Shown here piece by piece: positions 28,579 to 38,155 of a stretch of 64,000 nucleotides of DNA (positions within the stretch are counted from its first letter, which is position 1; every line of letters starts with the position of its first letter). The DNA lies in NCBI GenBank assembly GCA_963664405.1, contig OY761158.1, positions 5,152,001 to 5,216,000 of the forward strand. The letters run 5' to 3'. The notes under the pieces are model-generated. The model was given only the letters and a program-made list of their open reading frames with translations, did not search any database and was not told the origin of the DNA. A program made the translations under genes and the position numbers. Origin of the DNA: Thermoanaerobaculia bacterium (lineage in GTDB: Bacteria; Acidobacteriota; Thermoanaerobaculia; Multivoradales; Multivoraceae).

Positions 28579-30377
28579 TCGTGGATGGCGCAGTCAGGTG
28601 AGGTGAGGAGGCTGAGAATTGCGCCGCGGGCGCGGGCGGTAGGGTTGTCGGTCTCCGACGCGACGATCTTGGTCACCTTGGCGCGCGCTTTGTCGTTCAT
28701 CGTGCCTTGACAGAGCAGGAGATCGAGATGCCTCATGAGCGCAGCGGGATTGGCCGTGAGCGCCTCCTCTTCGCTGAAGTCGAGCAGAATCTCGTAATCG
28801 AAGACCACTCCGTTCGCATCGAGGCCGCGGAAGTCCGCGGCGGCGTCTATTACGTCACTCCTGAAACGGTTGGCGATGCGGTTCGCGGTCACCGAGTCGA
28901 AGATCTCGAACTCGGGTGTATACAGCGTGCCGTTGGGGATCTTCGTGCTCGGCACGTAGCTCTGCACCGGGCCGGCGGCGCGATGGTTTGGCAGGTAGAA
29001 GTTGAAGACGTGGGGGGCGCGGAAGACCTCCTGGTGGAGGAAGCCGTACATATCGGGAATCAGAATCCGCCCGGTCGGATGGTTCGAGACCGGGTCGAAG
29101 GCGCGCAGGAACGCGGTGTAGCGTAAGACGGGCTCTTGCATTCGCGAAGCCTCGGTCCCTCGGGTCTTGATCTTCAAGCGCCATGGTTTCTTAAGATGCC
29201 TGTACTTGAGCGACTTCATCGCTTCCTTGTGAAGGAGGATCGCCCTCAATACGGCTCTGAAATTGCCGCGCTCGCCCCCTTCGAAGGCCCGAGCCACGCT
29301 CTTGATGTAGCTCTTGGTGGGGTTAGATTTGACGAAACGCTGGATCAGCAAGCGGCTGATGAAAGGTGCGACGTTGGAGTGGTGGAAAAGATTGTCGAGG
29401 GCATCGGAGATGTCCTTCATCCCCGGCTGACCTGGAGGAAGGACGGCACCGCGGTGAAGCCTCTTCGCTCCGGTGTCGTGGTAGTCCTCGAACATCACCA
29501 TCGGATCGTGGTAGTTGATCCCCGTTCGTTCGAAAGAGCGGCCTCCCGCATAGTTGAGGCCGGTAAAGACACGGGCAAAATTGCGGATGTCGTTGTTGTC
29601 GTAGGCGTCGATGGGCTCGCCGGACGAATTGGTCTTGATCTCCCCTGAGATCTTGAGCTCGTAAAGGCCGATGCTGAGGAGCTGCTCCACTTCGCGCGCG
29701 TAATTCTCGTCGGGAAACTGCCCGGTTGCCGGATCGCCCTTGGGATTGCGAACGTGGCTGAGGAAGACACCCATGATCGGGTGCAGGGTCACGTCCTCGA
29801 GCAGGTCTCGGTAGTTGCCGAAGGAGCTCTCGATCAGCATGTCGTAGTAGTCGACGATGCCGAGATACTGGGGCTCTCCCGATGCGTCGTTTCTTCGATT
29901 ACCGAAGCCGGCGGGGCTCTGGTTGATGACGAAGATCTGCGAGAGGGCCCATGCCATGCGCTGACGGAGCTGATCGGGGGCGGTGAGGGCGGCGTTCCAC
30001 CAGGGGTAGTGGCGGTAGCGACCGGCGCGGGTCACGCCCTGTTCCAAGAAATCGGCGTAGCCGTCGTCGAGGATCATCTGCTTGGCCAGCGGATGATGGT
30101 AAGTCGGAGGCATCGAGAACTGATCGTCGATCCACTCTCCGAAAGCCTTCTTGTCGCCGACCTCGACGACCCGGGCGGCGAGCTCGGCGATCTCGTCCTT
30201 GGTGGGGCCGAAGGTCGCTCGCGACAGGAACTGTGCTGAGCGGACCAAGGCCTCGATCTCGTCGATGTGGGCCTCGGTAGCGGCGGGGAAGGTCCCCGCC
30301 AAGGCAGCGCCTCGAGCGAAGAGAAGAGAGCACAGGCCGAGTGCGATTAATCGTCCTGCGACCCTGGGTTCCGTCAT
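28575..30377 (-). CDS. DUF1800 family protein
   Basis: FLSRATFG, DQLRQRMAWALSQIFV, PDENYARE. Confidence 0.9.
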   Translation of the reverse strand: MTEPRVAGRLIALGLCSLLFARGAALAGTFPAATEAHIDEIEALVRSAQFLSRATFGPTKDEIAELAARVVEVGDKKAFGEWIDDQFSMPPTYHHPLAKQMILDDGYADFLEQGVTRAGRYRHYPWWNAALTAPDQLRQRMAWALSQIFVINQSPAGFGNRRNDASGEPQYLGIVDYYDMLIESSFGNYRDLLEDVTLHPIMGVFLSHVRNPKGDPATGQFPDENYAREVEQLLSIGLYELKISGEIKTNSSGEPIDAYDNNDIRNFARVFTGLNYAGGRSFERTGINYHDPMVMFEDYHDTGAKRLHRGAVLPPGQPGMKDISDALDNLFHHSNVAPFISRLLIQRFVKSNPTKSYIKSVARAFEGGERGNFRAVLRAILLHKEAMKSLKYRHLKKPWRLKIKTRGTEASRMQEPVLRYTAFLRAFDPVSNHPTGRILIPDMYGFLHQEVFRAPHVFNFYLPNHRAAGPVQSYVPSTKIPNGTLYTPEFEIFDSVTANRIANRFRSDVIDAAADFRGLDANGVVFDYEILLDFSEEEALTANPAALMRHLDLLLCQGTMNDKARAKVTKIVASETDNPTARARGAILSLLTSPDCAIHE

Positions 30378-30464
30378 CTCGACTCCCCCTTGGTTCGGTT
30401 CAAACGCCTTGCCTTTGAAGAGGCAAATATGTCAAATCAGCAACTTTGATTCAAGTCGGGCCTC

Positions 30465-32282
30465 TCACATCCGAGGCTCATACCAGATGGGTGAGCTCCA
30501 GGCGCGCTCCTGATGGGTCGCGGGCAGATCGGGATTCGGCTCGATTCCCAGGCTGAGCGCGTCCCACGTCGACCATCGACAAGAAGGATTCTCCAGCACT
30601 CGTACATAGTAGAAGGCGCGCTGCGCAGGATCGAAGTCCGGGTCGGTCCACAGGGTCTCGAGCGTCCCTGCCCCCTTGTCACGACTGACACTGCAATCCG
30701 ACAGTCTGACCCTGGCGCCGTTGTCGGGACATCGATGGGATCCGGGATCCGGCTTCAGGCCATCGGAGCAGGCCACATCGAAGACCTGCTCCTTGGCCGC
30801 TCCGCCTTCGATCCACCCCTTGACGACCTGGGCGCGTTGCAGCCAGCCGGCGTTGGGGTCGCGCAGGGCCCAGACCAGGAAGCTCGGCGCGCCGTCGGAA
30901 GCTCCTTCGATGACTCCGCCCATTGGAGTGCCGGTCTGATAGGCCTTCGCAATCGGGTCCTGATCCGCGATCAACCCCGCTTCGAGGTTGAAGCCTCCGA
31001 AAAAACGTACCTGCATGCGATTCCCGGAGGTGCCGAAAGTTTCTTTGCGACGAAAGGCGTCGTAGATCGACTCGCGAGTATTCTCCTCGGCCCAAACCCC
31101 GGCGAGGCCACCGGTGCCGTGGGTGGCTTGGCGCGGGGTCCAGAACCCCTCCCATGAATCTCCGTCGGGTGCGGATCCACGCCCTTGCGGCGTGTCCTGA
31201 CCGCTCGAGAAGCGGCGGTCTTCTTCGTAGGCGCCCGCCGACACGTGGCTGTCGCTGGACCCGATGAATCCGAATTTGTAGGGGTTGAAGCCGTCTCGCT
31301 CTTCCATCTCCAGCCCGGTCTTGAGGGCATCGCGTACGTAGCCGCCCTTGAAGACAGAGACGGGGTCCTTGTTCTCGATTCGGTTGAGGTAGTACTGAAC
31401 GATCTGGAAGTCCGCCCATTCGTCGTTCGGCGATAGCGACGGATGGGTCTCCGAGGTCCCCTTCTGCTGGGAGATCTCGACCAGGGGCTCGTTGCGAATG
31501 CGCTGCTCGGCCCACGCGGCATCGATTGCCTTGCCTTCAAAAGTCTTCTCTTGGAAGGCGAGGCCGTCGCTCTGGTTGGTGTTGTGGGGGATGGCAAGCA
31601 CCTCGATGCCCTGCTTGCGTTGATCGTCGAGCCAATCCCACAGATCTTCGGGGTTCAGCGAGTCGAGAGTACTGAAGGGCAGATCGGGTCCCTTGCCGCG
31701 AAAGATGACGTTACGGTGCAGGTGCAGCCCGCCCTCGGTCGGTGTGAACTCGTAGCCGATGAAGGTAGTGAAGGAGCCCGGCTTGTAATGGCGCTCGGCT
31801 GCCTCCATGATCTTGTTCCAGACACCTCCAACGACACTCTTGTCGATGAGCTCGGGGTATTCGTCGACCAGATCGAGAAAGGCGGCCCTTCCGGTGATCA
31901 TGCCTGTAGCAGTCTCTGGAATCAGCTGAGGGGTCGCTGGGTGGTTGTAGGTCAGGCTACCCGGCAGCCGCAAGGAAGCATGGGTGCCGAGATACTTGGC
32001 GTGGTCGGAGACGGCGAGAAAGTCCAGGGGTGGCCCTGACAATCGGATTGGCGAGCCATTGGTGTTCGGGATCGCCTCGCCTTTGGCATATCGATAAGCC
32101 TGATCCGGCGTTGTTCGCACGCCGCCCATGAACGCGTCATAGGAAAAGGTCGTATGGATGTGGAGATCGCCGAAAAGAGCTCTCCGAGCCGCCGGCTCCT
32201 CGGCCCCAGAGGCTTGTTTGGACCCTTCTGCCGCCAGCAGAGGGATCAGACAGCAGACCAGGAGTGTCGACTCGAATCGCAT
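30465..32282 (-). CDS. DUF3604 family secreted protein (PHP-like metal motifs)
   Basis: GDLHIHT, PLDFLAVSDHA, HRNVIF, IPHN, SDSH, QERAWSSPIWY. Confidence 0.9.
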   Translation of the reverse strand: MRFESTLLVCCLIPLLAAEGSKQASGAEEPAARRALFGDLHIHTTFSYDAFMGGVRTTPDQAYRYAKGEAIPNTNGSPIRLSGPPLDFLAVSDHAKYLGTHASLRLPGSLTYNHPATPQLIPETATGMITGRAAFLDLVDEYPELIDKSVVGGVWNKIMEAAERHYKPGSFTTFIGYEFTPTEGGLHLHRNVIFRGKGPDLPFSTLDSLNPEDLWDWLDDQRKQGIEVLAIPHNTNQSDGLAFQEKTFEGKAIDAAWAEQRIRNEPLVEISQQKGTSETHPSLSPNDEWADFQIVQYYLNRIENKDPVSVFKGGYVRDALKTGLEMEERDGFNPYKFGFIGSSDSHVSAGAYEEDRRFSSGQDTPQGRGSAPDGDSWEGFWTPRQATHGTGGLAGVWAEENTRESIYDAFRRKETFGTSGNRMQVRFFGGFNLEAGLIADQDPIAKAYQTGTPMGGVIEGASDGAPSFLVWALRDPNAGWLQRAQVVKGWIEGGAAKEQVFDVACSDGLKPDPGSHRCPDNGARVRLSDCSVSRDKGAGTLETLWTDPDFDPAQRAFYYVRVLENPSCRWSTWDALSLGIEPNPDLPATHQERAWSSPIWYEPRM

Positions 32283-32340
32283 GGTGTCCCCAATCTTGTT
32301 TTTGAAGGGTCAACACCCTACCACCCGCTAGCAACCTCGC

Positions 32341-33633
32341 TTACGGGCGGGTCGAGACCGTGACCACCACCGACATTCCGGCGCGCAGTGGCCGCGTCGC
32401 GTCGGAGGTGTCGTCAAAAACGATCTCCACCGGCAGCCGCTGAACCACCTTGACGAAGTTCCCGGTGGCGTTCTCGGGAGGCAGCAAGCTGAAGCTCGAC
32501 CGGGTGGCGGCGCCGATCGACCCCACTCGTCCGCTGAAGCTGTGACCCGGATAGGCATCGACCTTGATCTTTGCGGCCTGGCCTGGCCGCATATGTTCGA
32601 GCTGGGTCTCTTTGAAGTTCGCGACCGCCCACACATTGTCGATCTCGACGACGGCGAGCACGGCCTGGCCCGGACGCAGATACTCGCCCGACTCGACACT
32701 CTTGCGGGCGACGACGCCGTCGACGGGAGCCAGGATCTTGGTGTATTCGAGATCGAGCTCCGCCCGTCTCAGGGCGGCGCGGGCGTGATCGACCGCGGCG
32801 TTGGCTGAGACCGCCTCGGCCTCGGTGATGGCGACTCGCTGAGGCGCCATTGCCGCCGCTTCGGCGTCGGCCTGGCTACGACGGAGAAGCGACCGCGCCT
32901 GAGCCTCGCGGCTCTCACTCATCGCGACTTCGTTCTCGGCCACGACGACGGCGGAGGTGGCCGCGTCGGCAGCCGCACTCTGAGCATGCTCGACCTCGAC
33001 GGCCGATTCGAACTCCTGGCGAGAGATCTCGTCGCGGGCAATCAGGGGCTCGTATCGCTTCAGGTCCTGACGCACTCGTTGGTGCTCGGCTTCGGCCTCT
33101 CGCAGCCGGGATCGGGTGATCTCGAGGCGCGCGCGTGAGGCGGCGACATCGTGCTCGGCGAAGCGGACTCCGGCCTCGGCGTCCTCTACCGAGGCTCTTG
33201 CGCTGGCGAGTGCGCTGCCGGTGGTGGTCGTGGCCAGGGGCACGCCCGTCTCCGCCGCTCTGGCCTTGGCGAGAGCCTCTTCGAGATCGGCGCGTGCCTG
33301 GGTGAGCGCGACCTGGTGATCGGCGGGATCGATCTCGACCAACAATGCTCCCTTCTCGACCGATTGGTTGTCGCCGACATGGACCTCCAGCACCAGGCCG
33401 GAGACCCGTGGGGCGACAGGGTGAATGGGCGCCTTGATACGGGCATCGTCCGTCGACTCTCGGCCACTGAAGTACCACCACAGACCGACGCTCGAGACGA
33501 CTAGGATGAGGCTGAGACCCGCGACGATCCTACGATTTCGGCCCGAGGCCGACACACCCAGCTGACGCCGCGGGCGTACGGGTGTCGGTGGGTCCGCAGC
33601 CGGCGACGCGGGTGTTGGGTGAGGTTCCGCCAT
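32341..33633 (-). CDS. emrA: HlyD/EmrA membrane fusion protein
   Basis: ESTDDA, ANFKETQL, FSLLPPENATGNFVKVVQRLPV. Confidence 0.93.
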   Translation of the reverse strand: MAEPHPTPASPAADPPTPVRPRRQLGVSASGRNRRIVAGLSLILVVSSVGLWWYFSGRESTDDARIKAPIHPVAPRVSGLVLEVHVGDNQSVEKGALLVEIDPADHQVALTQARADLEEALAKARAAETGVPLATTTTGSALASARASVEDAEAGVRFAEHDVAASRARLEITRSRLREAEAEHQRVRQDLKRYEPLIARDEISRQEFESAVEVEHAQSAAADAATSAVVVAENEVAMSESREAQARSLLRRSQADAEAAAMAPQRVAITEAEAVSANAAVDHARAALRRAELDLEYTKILAPVDGVVARKSVESGEYLRPGQAVLAVVEIDNVWAVANFKETQLEHMRPGQAAKIKVDAYPGHSFSGRVGSIGAATRSSFSLLPPENATGNFVKVVQRLPVEIVFDDTSDATRPLRAGMSVVVTVSTRP

Positions 33634-33635
33634 AC

Positions 33636-35126
33636 TCAGGGTGGGCCGGCAAGAAGATCGTCGAGGGCGTCCTCGGCGTTGCCAAGGGCCCGCGCGGTCT
33701 GAACCTGGTGCAGACTGTGCCGGTAAAGGCTGGAGATCCACCCTTCGTTCGCACGGGCCAGAGCCTCCTGGGCCTCGACGACCTCGAGATTGCTCGTGAC
33801 GCCTGCGGCGAAACGGTTCTGGGCCTGCTCCAGCTGCTGGGTGGAGAGGTCGAAAGCGGCGCGAGTGACGACCGCCTCTTCGGCCGAGGCCTCGAGGTCT
33901 AAGAGGAGGGAGCGCACCTCGTAGTAGACCGCCGCCTCGAGCTCACGGAGCTCGGTTTCTCTGGCGCGGAGCTCCGCTGCGGCGCGCAGCTGGTTGCCGC
34001 GCATCTCTCCTCCTTCGAAGAGGGGCACGCGGACTCTCGCTGCGAGGTCGAAGGTCTCTTTGGCACTCGAAGCGTCACCGCCGAGGAGACCGTAGTCGCC
34101 CTCGAGGCGAAAGGAGGGAAGGCGCTCGCCTCGCGCGGATTTCACCGCCTGGCCGGCAGCGTCCAAGCGGGCTGAAGCCGCCGCCAGGTCACTGCGGCGC
34201 TCGTAGGCGGTGAGCAGGGCCGCCTCCAGATCGGGAGCCGGCGCTGGTGAGTCGCGAATGCGGTCGATCAGCTCAATCTCCTGGCCGAGGGGGAGCCCGA
34301 TCATTCTTGCCAAGGCGAGCTTCTGTTTCGCAAATCCGTTGCTGGCGACAATCAGGCGCTGGCGCTCTTGCTCGCGACGGACGCCGGCTCTCAATACCTC
34401 GATACCGGCCACCCATCCTGCTTCTTTGCGGTTCACGGCCATGGCGTGGAGAAGCTCGGCGGTTTCGAGCTGCGCCTGAGTTGCGTCGACCAACGCTCGC
34501 GCAGCGATCGACCGGAGATAGGTCTCGACCACCGCCTGGACCAAGAAGCCTCGGGCGTCTTGGTAGCTGAGCTCCTCCGCTCGCAGTGCGGCGAAGCCTT
34601 CGCGCCCGGCGTGTAAGGCCTCGGCGTCGAGGAGGCGCCAGGAAAGGAAGAGTCGGCTGTCGAACACTCCGAAGGGACCGACGATGTCGGGGAGGTCGTT
34701 GATCGACGAGAAGCCGATGACGTCGAGATTGATCTGTCGGCTGGACTGCCCGATCGAGGCCTCGAGGCGGGGGAGTCGGTCACTGCGGTCGATCAGGCGA
34801 TCGCCGCGACGCTCCTCGATCCGCTCTCCCGCGAGTAGGACGCCAAGATTCTGATCGAGGCCACGGCGCACTGCCTCTCGTAGAGTGAGCGCCATGGGCT
34901 GGTCGCTGCGCTCGCCCGTGGGCACACCGCCGGCAAAGTCCGTTTCCGCGGCGGCCCTGACTGCCGGTTGCCTCTGGTCGCGATTCGCTCCGCCTTGGTC
35001 GCGATGTAGGCCTTGCGCCCTCGCTTCGGGGCCATCGAAAGCAAAGAAAAACAGTGCAGTCAGGAGCAGATAACGCAGCCTGTCACGGGTATTCAGGACG
35101 ATCGGCTTGGCAGTCAAGGACGACAT
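33636..35126 (-). CDS. TolC-family outer membrane efflux protein
   Basis: LTLREAVRRGLDQN, RVPLFEGG, AGVTSNLEVVEAQ; 2 bp from emrA. Confidence 0.88.
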   Translation of the reverse strand: MSSLTAKPIVLNTRDRLRYLLLTALFFFAFDGPEARAQGLHRDQGGANRDQRQPAVRAAAETDFAGGVPTGERSDQPMALTLREAVRRGLDQNLGVLLAGERIEERRGDRLIDRSDRLPRLEASIGQSSRQINLDVIGFSSINDLPDIVGPFGVFDSRLFLSWRLLDAEALHAGREGFAALRAEELSYQDARGFLVQAVVETYLRSIAARALVDATQAQLETAELLHAMAVNRKEAGWVAGIEVLRAGVRREQERQRLIVASNGFAKQKLALARMIGLPLGQEIELIDRIRDSPAPAPDLEAALLTAYERRSDLAAASARLDAAGQAVKSARGERLPSFRLEGDYGLLGGDASSAKETFDLAARVRVPLFEGGEMRGNQLRAAAELRARETELRELEAAVYYEVRSLLLDLEASAEEAVVTRAAFDLSTQQLEQAQNRFAAGVTSNLEVVEAQEALARANEGWISSLYRHSLHQVQTARALGNAEDALDDLLAGPP

Positions 35127-35400
35127 CAAGTTCTCGGCTGCTGGTCTAGGGGCACGGTACTGTGGGGGCCGCTCAGTGTAACACCGACCCGACAGGTCGC
35201 TTCGATTGGGCGGCGGGGCCCAGGATCGACGGATCCGGAAGGACAGCACGTCGTCGTACCAAGGAAGCGATCATTTCCCGCCTCCGAGGGCTGTTCTTCT
35301 TCGCGACAGGCGATATGATCCGCGCCTCGGCAGGTCGTGTGGAGGCGCCTCCATGCATAGGCCTGAACTTCAAACATAAAGAGTCGCTAGGAGTCGTTGC

Positions 35401-37572
35401 ATGACGGAATATGTCCCCGCAGGAGGCCTTCAGGTCGCTCGACGGATCTATGACCTGGTGCATGACGAGATCGCGCCAGGCACCGGTGTGGACTCGGATT
35501 CGGTTTGGGCTGGGCTGGGATCGATCGTCGCCGACCTGGGACCCAAGAACCAGGCTCTGCTCGACAAGCGTGACACGCTGGCGGCTAAGATCGACAATTG
35601 GTACCGTGATCGCAAGGGCCAGGCTTTCGACGGCGCCGAAATGGAGGCCTTTCTGCGCAAGATCGGCTACCTGGTGCGAGAGGGGAAGGGTTTCGAGATC
35701 GAGACCGAGAACGTCGATGCGGAGATCTCGACTCTTGCCGGTCCGCAGTTGGTGGTTCCGATCGACAACGCGCGCTATGCGTTGAATGCCGCTAATGCGC
35801 GTTGGGGGAGTCTCTACGATGCCTTCTATGGCACCGATGTGATCTCCGAGGATGACGGCGCTGGGCGCAGTGGTCCCTATAACCCGGTGCGCGGCGACCG
35901 TGTTATCGCACGCGCCAACACCTTCCTCGATGAAACCGTGCCGCTCGAGGCCGGCAGTCACTCGGAGGTGACGGGTTTCGCCGTAACGAAGGGTGCGCTC
36001 GTCTTCACTCTAGAGAGCGGCGAGAAGACAGGGCTTGCCGACACCGCGGCCTTCGCCGGCTACCAGAAGAAGGGCTTCGAACTGTCGAGCGTGCTACTCG
36101 TGCACCATGGGTTGCATATCGATATCCAGATCGATCCGTCGCACCCGATCGGCGAAGCACACAAAGCCGGGGTCAAAGACGTAGTGCTCGAGGCCGCGAT
36201 CTCGACCATCACCGACTGTGAGGACTCGGTCTCAGCGGTCGATGCCGACGACAAAGCGCTGATTTACCACAATTGGACTGGCATCATGAAAGGCAGCTTG
36301 GAGGCGGATCTCGAAAAAGACGGTCGTTCAATCGTTCGCCGCCTCAATCCGGATCGCGTTTACATCGGGCCATCCGGAGAGTCTGTCACTCTCCACGGGC
36401 GCAGCTTGCTCCTGGTGCGCAACGTGGGCAATCACATGATGACCGACATCGTGAAGACGGCGGCCGGCGACCCGGTCCCCGAGACCTTCGTCGACGCCAT
36501 GCTCACCGTTCTTGCGGCGATTCACGACCTCGTTGGTGGCGGCGCTATCCGCAACAGTCGCGTCCGCAGTGTTTACATCGTCAAGCCGAAGCACCACGGT
36601 CCCGAGGAGGTCGCTCTTTCGGTCGAGCTCTTTGGCCGCGTAGAAGAGGTCTTGGGGCTACGCCCGAACACCATCAAGATCGGCATCATGGACGAGGAGC
36701 GTCGCTGCACCGTCAACCTCAAGGAGTGCGTGCGCGTGGCGAAGGAGCGGGTGATCTTTATCAACACGGGCTTTCTCGATCGTACTGGGGACGAGATGCA
36801 CACCGCGATGGAAGCGGGCCCGATGATGCCGAAGCCGGAGATCAAGAACGCGCCTTGGATGCTCGCCTATGAGGATTGGAACGTGGACGTGGGTCTCGAG
36901 AGTGGTCTCGCCGGGCGGGCGCAGATCGGCAAGGGGATGTGGGCGATGCCTGACGAGATGAAGGCGATGCTCGATTCGAAGGCGGCGCATCCGGAGGCAG
37001 GTGCAAATACGGCCTGGGTGCCGTCGCCGACGGCGGCGACTCTCCACGCCCTGCACTACCACGAGGTCGACGTCTCGTCGCGGCAAACGGTTCTTGCCGA
37101 GCGACAGCGCGCCAGTCTCGATGCGATCCTTACTCCGCCGCTTCTCGACGGCCGTGAGCTGACCGCCGACGAAATTCAGAGAGAGCTCGACAACAACGCC
37201 CAGGGAATTCTGGGCTACGTGGTTCGTTGGGTCGATCAGGGGATCGGCTGCTCCAAGGTCCCTGACATCAACGATGTCGGCCTGATGGAGGATCGAGCGA
37301 CCCTGCGGATCTCGAGCCAGCACATCGCCAATTGGCTGCATCACGGCGTAACCAACGAGCCCCAAGTCATCGAGACCCTCGAGCGCATGGCGGCAATCGT
37401 CGATCGACAGAACGCGGGCGACGCCGCCTACCACCCGATGGCCCCCGGCTTCGACGAAAGCATCGCCTTCCAGGCCGCCAAGGACCTGATCTTCCACGGC
37501 CGCAACGAGCCCAACGGCTATACGGAGACGGTGCTGCATGCGCGGCGGCGGGAGATGAAGGGTAAGGAGTAG
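35401..37572 (+). CDS. glcB: Malate synthase G
   Basis: [48 protein letters not shown]. Confidence 0.97.
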   Translation: MTEYVPAGGLQVARRIYDLVHDEIAPGTGVDSDSVWAGLGSIVADLGPKNQALLDKRDTLAAKIDNWYRDRKGQAFDGAEMEAFLRKIGYLVREGKGFEIETENVDAEISTLAGPQLVVPIDNARYALNAANARWGSLYDAFYGTDVISEDDGAGRSGPYNPVRGDRVIARANTFLDETVPLEAGSHSEVTGFAVTKGALVFTLESGEKTGLADTAAFAGYQKKGFELSSVLLVHHGLHIDIQIDPSHPIGEAHKAGVKDVVLEAAISTITDCEDSVSAVDADDKALIYHNWTGIMKGSLEADLEKDGRSIVRRLNPDRVYIGPSGESVTLHGRSLLLVRNVGNHMMTDIVKTAAGDPVPETFVDAMLTVLAAIHDLVGGGAIRNSRVRSVYIVKPKHHGPEEVALSVELFGRVEEVLGLRPNTIKIGIMDEERRCTVNLKECVRVAKERVIFINTGFLDRTGDEMHTAMEAGPMMPKPEIKNAPWMLAYEDWNVDVGLESGLAGRAQIGKGMWAMPDEMKAMLDSKAAHPEAGANTAWVPSPTAATLHALHYHEVDVSSRQTVLAERQRASLDAILTPPLLDGRELTADEIQRELDNNAQGILGYVVRWVDQGIGCSKVPDINDVGLMEDRATLRISSQHIANWLHHGVTNEPQVIETLERMAAIVDRQNAGDAAYHPMAPGFDESIAFQAAKDLIFHGRNEPNGYTETVLHARRREMKGKE

Positions 37573-37631
37573 GAAGTAGGAAGTAAGCAGTAAGCAGTAA
37601 GCAGTGAGAAGTGAGAAGTAAGAAGTAGGAA
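37562..37631 (+). repeat. Ten degenerate heptamer tandem repeats
   Basis: GTAAGGA GTAGGAA GTAGGAA GTAAGCA x3 GTGAGAA x2 GTAAGAA GTAGGAA. Confidence 0.92.
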
Positions 37632-38064
37632 GCGAGCGCTATTCCGCTGAGCGGATCCTCGAAGGAGGAATGGACGACCCTCTTTTCTCGCTCGAGCAGA
37701 CGCCGCGCCGCGGTCTCGTCGCTCTCGACAATCACGATGTCGGTGCCCGCTCGCTCGAGCTCGTCGCAAAGGTCTGCGACCGCCGGTCCGTAACCGTAGA
37801 TGAGCACACCGTCGTGGACCGGCGACGCCTTTTCAGGAAGGCGCCGCTCGAAGCGTTCCTCCAATGCAGGGATGAGATAGAAGGGGAAACCTGACCGTAT
37901 CCGGTGGTCGTAAGGGTTTCTGCTGCCCACCCCAGGCTGCGCCAGAATCCACGGCTCTTGCCCTCCAAGGTGGCCATGCCCACCATGTAGAGAAGGGAGC
38001 TCGCAATCAGCACAAGGACGAGGCTGCCAACCAGGGCGAGTAGCCGGCGGTGCGAGCGCTCCAT
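37632..38064 (-). pseudogene. Potassium channel/TrkA-domain gene with internal deletion and truncation
   Basis: TM1 and filter TLTTTGYG, then a frame change to FPFYLIP..VLIYGYG RCK start, ending at the heptamer repeat. Confidence 0.85.
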
Positions 38065-38155
38065 GATGGGATTCTAGCGCCAGCCCTCGAGGAGCACGCC
38101 ACCTGGTCGCGCGCTCGTCACTTTGATCCTCCGCGACCGACCGCGACTCGTGCGG

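Noticed and set aside
35228-35255. GGATCCGGAAGGACAGCAC resembling the SRP RNA loop
   Set aside because: Lacks the CAGG...AGCAG internal loop and the long flanking stem
37562-37631. Repeat tract as a CRISPR array
   Set aside because: 7-bp units without spacers; no cas genes in the window
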